From Guillardia theta CCMP2712 (taxonomy: Eukaryota > Protista > Cryptophyta), in NCBI RefSeq assembly GCF_000315625.1, contig NW_005434669.1, forward strand, positions 775,138-839,137: DNA of 64,000 nt, read 5' to 3'. Positions 58,894-64,000 of this stretch are shown piece after piece. A program made the position numbers and the translations under genes. Each line of letters starts with the position of its first letter. Within the stretch, counting starts at the first letter, position 1. The notes under the pieces are model-generated. The model made no database searches, had not been told where the DNA came from, and saw only the letters and a list, made by a program, of their open reading frames with translations.

Positions 58894-60838
58894 GCGGGAA
58901 CTTTCCGGCTGAGTACCACGGGTGACGCCCCTCAGCCGCGGGGAGTCCGGCTCGGGCCGCGGGCACTGTCAGCGGCACCGTGGCACCGTACCGTCCGCCC
59001 GGCCCAGCGGCCCCGGCGGACTCGCGGGGCACTGCACGGCCCGGCCTGGCGTCCGACCGTCAGGACCATTCTGCCAGCCTGGGGTCACTCGGACGGCAGT
59101 GAGCCTCCCCGGTGGCATACCTGACTCGGGCACTGTCCGATCATCGCGGCGATCGGCGGTCGGCGGCGGCGGTCCGATCAGCGGCTCCGAGGCTCGCGGG
59201 CTGACCGACTCACGGTACTTCACCGTGACGGTACTAATGACTGCCGCAACAGCCGTCCGATCGGGCCGGCCGCAGATCGGACGGAGATTCCGAACTTTCC
59301 GAGTTCGGACACTGCGGTCACCAAGTACGGTCACCGGCCGGGCGGTGGCCTCAAAGTTAAGTTAAAAATGAGTACCGTCGAGGACAATCAGCTCAGTTTT
59401 AGCTAGCCTGCCCTGCCCTCCGGCAGTGTAGCTGAGAGTCCCCTCAGTTACTCAAAGATAAGTTACTTGAAAATCAGTACGAGGACAGCTGAGAGTAGCC
59501 TAGTACGGTCAGGAGTACCGTCAGCCGGTAATGAAAAGAATAGTCAAGCGGGAACTTTCCGGCTGAGTACCACGGCCCTCAGCCGCGGGGAGTCCGGCTC
59601 GGGCCGCGGGCACTAGCGGCACCGTCACGGTGGCACCGTACCCGGTCCGCCCGGCCCAGCGGCCCCGGCGGACTCGCGGGGCACTGCACGGCCCGGCCTG
59701 GCGTCCGACCGTCAGGACCATTCTGCCAGCCTGGGGTCACTCGGACGGCAGTGAGCCTCCCCGGTGGCATACCTGACTCGGGCACTGTCCGATCATCGCG
59801 GCGATCGGCGGTCGGCGGCGGCGGTCCGATCAGCGGCTCCGAGGCTCGCGGGCTGACCGACTCACGGTACTTCACCGTGACGGTACTAATGACTGCCGCA
59901 ACAGCCGTCCGATCGGGCCGGCCGCAGATCGGACGGAGATTCCGAACTTTCCGAGTTCGGACACTGCGGTCACCAAGTACGGTCACCGGCCGGGCGGTGG
60001 CCTCAAAGTTAAGTTAAAAATGAGTACCGTCGAGGACAATCAGCTCAGTTTTAGCTAGCCTGCCCTGCCCTCCGGCAGTGTAGCTGAGAGTCCCCTCAGT
60101 TACTCAAAGATAAGTTAAAAATCAGTACGAGGACAGCTGAGAGTAGCCTAGTACGGTCAGGAGTACCGTCAGCCGGTAATGAAAAGAATAGTCAAGCGGG
60201 AACTTTCCGGCTGAGTACCACGGCCCTCAGCCGCGGGGAGTCCGGCTCGGGCCGCGGGCACTAGCGGCACCGTCACGGTGGCACCGTACCGTCCGCCCGG
60301 CCCAGCGGCCCCGGCGGACTCGCGGGGCACTGCACGGCCCGGCCTGGCGTCCGACCGTCAGGACCATTCTGCCAGCCTGGGGTCACTCGGACGGCAGTGA
60401 GCCTCCCCGGTGGCATACCTGACTCGGGGTGACTGTCCGATCATCGCGGCGGTCGGCGGTCGGCGGCGGCGGTCCGATCAGCGGCTCCGAGGCTCGCGGG
60501 CTGACCGACTCACGGTACTTCACCGTGACGGTACTAATGACTGCCGCAACAGCCGTCCGATCGGGCCGGCCGCAGATCGGACGGAGATTCCGAACTTTCC
60601 GAGTTCGGACACTGCGGTCACCAAGTACGGTCACCGGCCGGGCGGTGGCCTCAAAGTTAAGTTAAAAATGAGTACCGTCGAGGACAATCAGCTCAGTTTT
60701 AGCTAGCCTGCCCTCCGGCAGTGTAGCTGAGAGTCCCCTCAGTTACTCAAAGATAAGTTAAAAATCAGTACGAGGACAGCTGAGAGTAGCCTAGTACGGT
60801 CAGGAGTACCGTCAGCCGGTAATGAAAAGAATAGTCAA
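58894..60838. repeat. Tandem array of three ~650-bp units (654, 648, 643 bp) within palindrome island 7 (about 58540-60838); two 42-bp motifs per unit
   Basis: Units start with GCGGGAACTTTCCGG at 58894, 59548 and 60196, and end with AATGAAAAGAATAGTCAA. Confidence 0.95.
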
Positions 60839-60892
60839 ACTGGCAGGCAATGCAACAATGAAAAGAATAGTCAAACTGGCATGCAATGCAAC
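60821..60892. repeat. 36-bp tandem duplication at the right junction of the array
   Basis: AATGAAAAGAATAGTCAAACTGGCA(G/T)GCAATGCAAC occurs twice. Confidence 0.9.
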
Positions 60893-61027
60893 AAGTATGC
60901 AATGTGACTGTCCTGCTCCGATGGGACGGCAGGGCAGGATGCTGATAAGAGAGCAATCGGAGGGTCTCAGACTGACTACAAAGACTGCGATGCCCGCCAA
61001 GTAGAGAACACATGGAAAATCTGTTTG

Positions 61028-61438
61028 TTATTGTGGTAGTTGACTGGGAAATCCAGTACAGTACTGTTGTTTCTTAGTAGCAAGTGAGAGGGTACCTGCC
61101 ACTTTTCCGGTAATGTTCTTGAATGCAGTTCTTTGCGGCGAGGTTAGATAGCACGGAACTCTTTCCCAGTGCACCGGGTAACGAAGAAGTTGTCTGGACT
61201 TGTTCTGTTTTTCAAGCTCTCTTGTTGTAGTACGCATATACATATCAAAAGAGTTCATATCGACTGATAGAGGGGAAATGGGAGAAGGAAGGCAGTGAGA
61301 TTTGTCGAGGAGGAATACGGTATGCCGTAGTAGCTTTTTGCGCACCACTGTTTCAACCTCAAACTTGTCGGAGACAGGACCTTTCATCAGGGGATCAAAT
61401 GCCCTCCAGCATCGCAAACGACTGTGCCATACCTGCAT
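61028..61438 (-). CDS. Hypothetical protein
   Basis: 136-aa ORF with plausible composition and no recognised domain. Confidence 0.3.
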   Translation of the reverse strand: MQVWHSRLRCWRAFDPLMKGPVSDKFEVETVVRKKLLRHTVFLLDKSHCLPSPISPLSVDMNSFDMYMRTTTRELEKQNKSRQLLRYPVHWERVPCYLTSPQRTAFKNITGKVAGTLSLATKKQQYCTGFPSQLPQ

Positions 61439-61611
61439 GGAAGGATCCCAAGTGCACGATTCCAGCGATATATCTCAACTCCATAGACCAACCCGACGGG
61501 AGAGTCGTAGTGAACGGTAACGAGAGAGATTGATGCAGGCTTTCCTGATGCAATGTCATTTCCTGTACAGTTGCCAAGGCTGAGAATCTCAGGAATCATC
61601 AAGAGGAGGAG

Positions 61612-62400
61612 ATGAGTGTCGCCGCCAAGATCTGTGTACGAATGACCAAGACCGACTCGCAGCAATTGCTTGAGAAGTACGAATACGGTCTACATCTAAT
61701 GGTAACCATGCATTCATGTGAAGAGAATTTCTTTGTACAGGGATACCTCAGTGGACCTCGTACTCATTTCCGGACAAGACACCAATCTGGGAAGAGAGAT
61801 CGAAGTTGTTTGAGGTCGACGACTGTAAGAGGTGAATCACTTGTTGCTAGTCCTTGTCTGTTGTTAGTCCTTTCGAGTGTGGTGAACGGCGATACCAGCG
61901 CAAGCCTTGTGGTTGCTCTCTTCACGAAGGAAGGGAAGGACCCAAAGGATAGATTCTTGGGAGAAGCGATCATCAGCTTGGACAAACTTGCTCAGTTCAA
62001 CCTCCCGGTGAAAGTGATTGTCCGTTGACAGTATCGCTCAAGCACACGGGCAGGTTCGCGACAAGTTTGTCTTGAAGCCTAGCGTCTTCTTGCCAGGCAT
62101 CGAAGTCTCAGGGACCGTGACACTGCAGGTCATGTATCATGTGCAACAATGGAGGCACAAGTTTAATCTGCAGTCTTTTCAGGCACAGTGGTTTCCGCAC
62201 GTGGAGGAGCAGAAGGTGGAGGCCAAGCCGATCACCGTCTCGGTTAAGAGTCGAGATATGCACCCTTTTCAAGAGGTCAGAGTCACGGCTGGCGAGACAT
62301 GACGCTGTGGTCTGAGTGGTTTTGATCCCAGAACACCCAGGACTCTTCAGAGTTCGTCAATTTGTTGGATTGTTGTAAACCATGATATCAGTACATTTCA
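61612..62400 (+). CDS. C2-domain-like protein (multi-exon)
   Basis: ASLVVALFTKEGKDPKDRFLGEAIISLDKL and VRDKFVLKPSVFLPGIEVSGTVTLQ. Confidence 0.6.
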
Positions 62401-62499
62401 TTTTCAAAACCATTCCTTGTCAGATGCGCATGGCTGTGACTGGCTCCTCAAAGCAAAGTTGCTGTTTCCCGTTTCCTCTGATGCAAACTGCGTTGTTTA

Positions 62500-63540
62500 T
62501 AAAGGACGTGAGGCAAATCTCATCTACTTCCCGAGCAGCAAAAGATGGCGTCAAGGGCGGCAGACGAACTCTAAAGATTCCATGTGAGCGTATGAGAGTA
62601 GATTGTTAGGGGTTGAGAGTAGAATGTTAGGGTTTGAGAGTAGATTGTTCTTACCTTCTTCTCCTCCACAGCTAGAAACCACAAGAGCCCCGCACATAGA
62701 GAACCGAACTCATTCATCAGCACCACAGCACTGAAACAGGTACAACACCTGTAGCTGAAATCGGCAACAGGCTGCTCCCGTTGGCCTTGTTAGACCACTT
62801 TACCTGGGTCCACTCGTTTCACCGGACAAGAACCATCTTTGCAAGAGGCAAATACCAGCAGAAAGATGCTCCCCGCCACGGGAACATCCGGTACATACTT
62901 GGAGCGCTGGAGGGCGAAGTTGTCCTTCACCTTTGAGGACAAGTTCATGACACAGGCCTTCCGTCCGACAGAGCTCACAGCTTGATGGATAGTGAGAAGC
63001 TTGATGACGTTGAGAACAACCTCTCCTAAGAACCGCTCCCTCGGATCCATCTTGGTCAGGTCGAAGACGGCTACAACAAGCTGAGCGCTGTTGGGTCAGG
63101 GTCAGGACAGCCGGGGGCTGAAGAGCAGACGTACGACAAGGGGCTTCGAACGTCGAGCTCAACTGTGGGAGAGTCGCGGGGGATGGTCCATTTGGACTTT
63201 CCTGCTCGAGATCCATCAATGTCGGCATGTTTGCTGTGCAGTTTCACCGTAAGAGATCTCCTCCTTGCCGTTGGGCCAGATGACTCTCTCTCGCACGCAG
63301 ACTTGGACTCCGATGTCCTTGGACATGTCAAGCTGTACAGGCATCCCGCTGCAGGACAACACTGAATGAGGGTCGTCAGCCCTTGGGGTCAACTTCCTCC
63401 ATGCGACATCGGGAGCGACCTTTCAGGATGACCTGCCCAGCTATGACCCCGGGGGTGTTGACGGGCTCGAACCCGTCCGCATAGGGCGGAGGAGGGAGGT
63501 TGTCTTGGAAGCAGGCAGGAGCGCGGGTCCATGACATCCT
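62500..63540 (-). CDS. C2-domain-like protein (multi-exon), paralog of 61612-62400
   Basis: LVVAVFDLTKMDPRERFLGEVVLNVIKL and VKDNFALQRSKYVPDVPVAGSIFLL. Both ends are approximate. Confidence 0.6.
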
Positions 63541-64000
63541 AGAGCATCAACTACATCATCTTCCTCCTCCTCTCCCGTCTCCCCTCCATCTCCAAACTTG
63601 AACTCAGGACGCTCGGCAAAGGGGGGGGGGCAGGGGGAGGTGTGCTGGAGAGGAAGCGCGCCAGAGGGTTAGCAGGAGAGTTTCGGTGCTGATGTTCAAA
63701 CTTACCATGCTGACATGTACTTCTCCTCCTCTCCTGCACTCCCATACTGCGGCAAGTTCATGACGGCCGGCTGTGTGTCTGTCATGCTGTGCCAGTAAAC
63801 CCCGTTCCTCGCTTCTGACCTTGGGGGTACGAGGGTACCATGACAGAAGATTTGTTAAGTCTCATCTTAGTAAACTTCCCATACCCCCGCCTCTCCCTCC
63901 ATTCGGAAAGTCCGGGCGTAATAGGTATCTCTCTAGCAAGTTTGATTTCCGTTAAAAGTTCATCCTTGTCAATCTCCTCGAATATTTTTTATAGTTTTTA

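Noticed and set aside
59350-60778. CRISPR-like array of the ~40-bp motif
   Set aside because: The context is eukaryotic, the intervening sequences are duplicated rather than unique and are irregular in length, and there are no cas genes.
62593-62649. Interstitial telomere
   Set aside because: There are only two TTAGGG words inside a 21-bp unit, not a telomeric array.
1-64000. Autonomous transposase, reverse transcriptase, rRNA or tRNA genes
   Set aside because: No DDE, RT, HUH or tyrosine-recombinase motifs and no structural RNA were recognised. Any enzyme acting on the islands would be encoded elsewhere.

Overview
Gene-dense eukaryotic nuclear DNA from an alga with a complex red plastid. 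A cryptophyte such as Guillardia theta is the best fit, inferred from the bipartite signal+AxA|F presequence on a plastid FBA, many ~50-nt GT-AG introns and multiple RWP-RK genes. Recognisable genes: four intronless RWP-RK transcription factors, VPS28, RPS14, a DoxX/TMEM35-like protein, plastid class II FBA, an Rsa3-domain protein, an ankyrin protein, LAS1, an SDR, a large ePHD/LysM/SPRY protein, a glycine amidinotransferase, an 837-aa BIR-like protein, a SHIPPO-repeat protein, USP39/SAD1 and two convergent C2-domain paralogs. The most unusual signal is non-coding. About seven GC-rich intergenic 'islands' are built largely from short odd-length palindromes centred on one G or C. Four of them carry a conserved ~42-bp AT-rich motif (TTTACTCAAAGTTAAGTTAAA(G/A)ATCAGTACGAGGACAATCAG; 13 full or partial copies). 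Three tandem copies of one island segment differ by 7 micro-indels but only 1 substitution, and most inserts are 'G/C + inverted copy of the neighbouring bases'. This resembles the footprint of hairpin-mediated DNA cutting (hAT/RAG-like P-nucleotides) and suggests motif-associated hotspots of repeated cut-and-repair. Exon boundaries of spliced genes were read by eye, and their outer coordinates are approximate.
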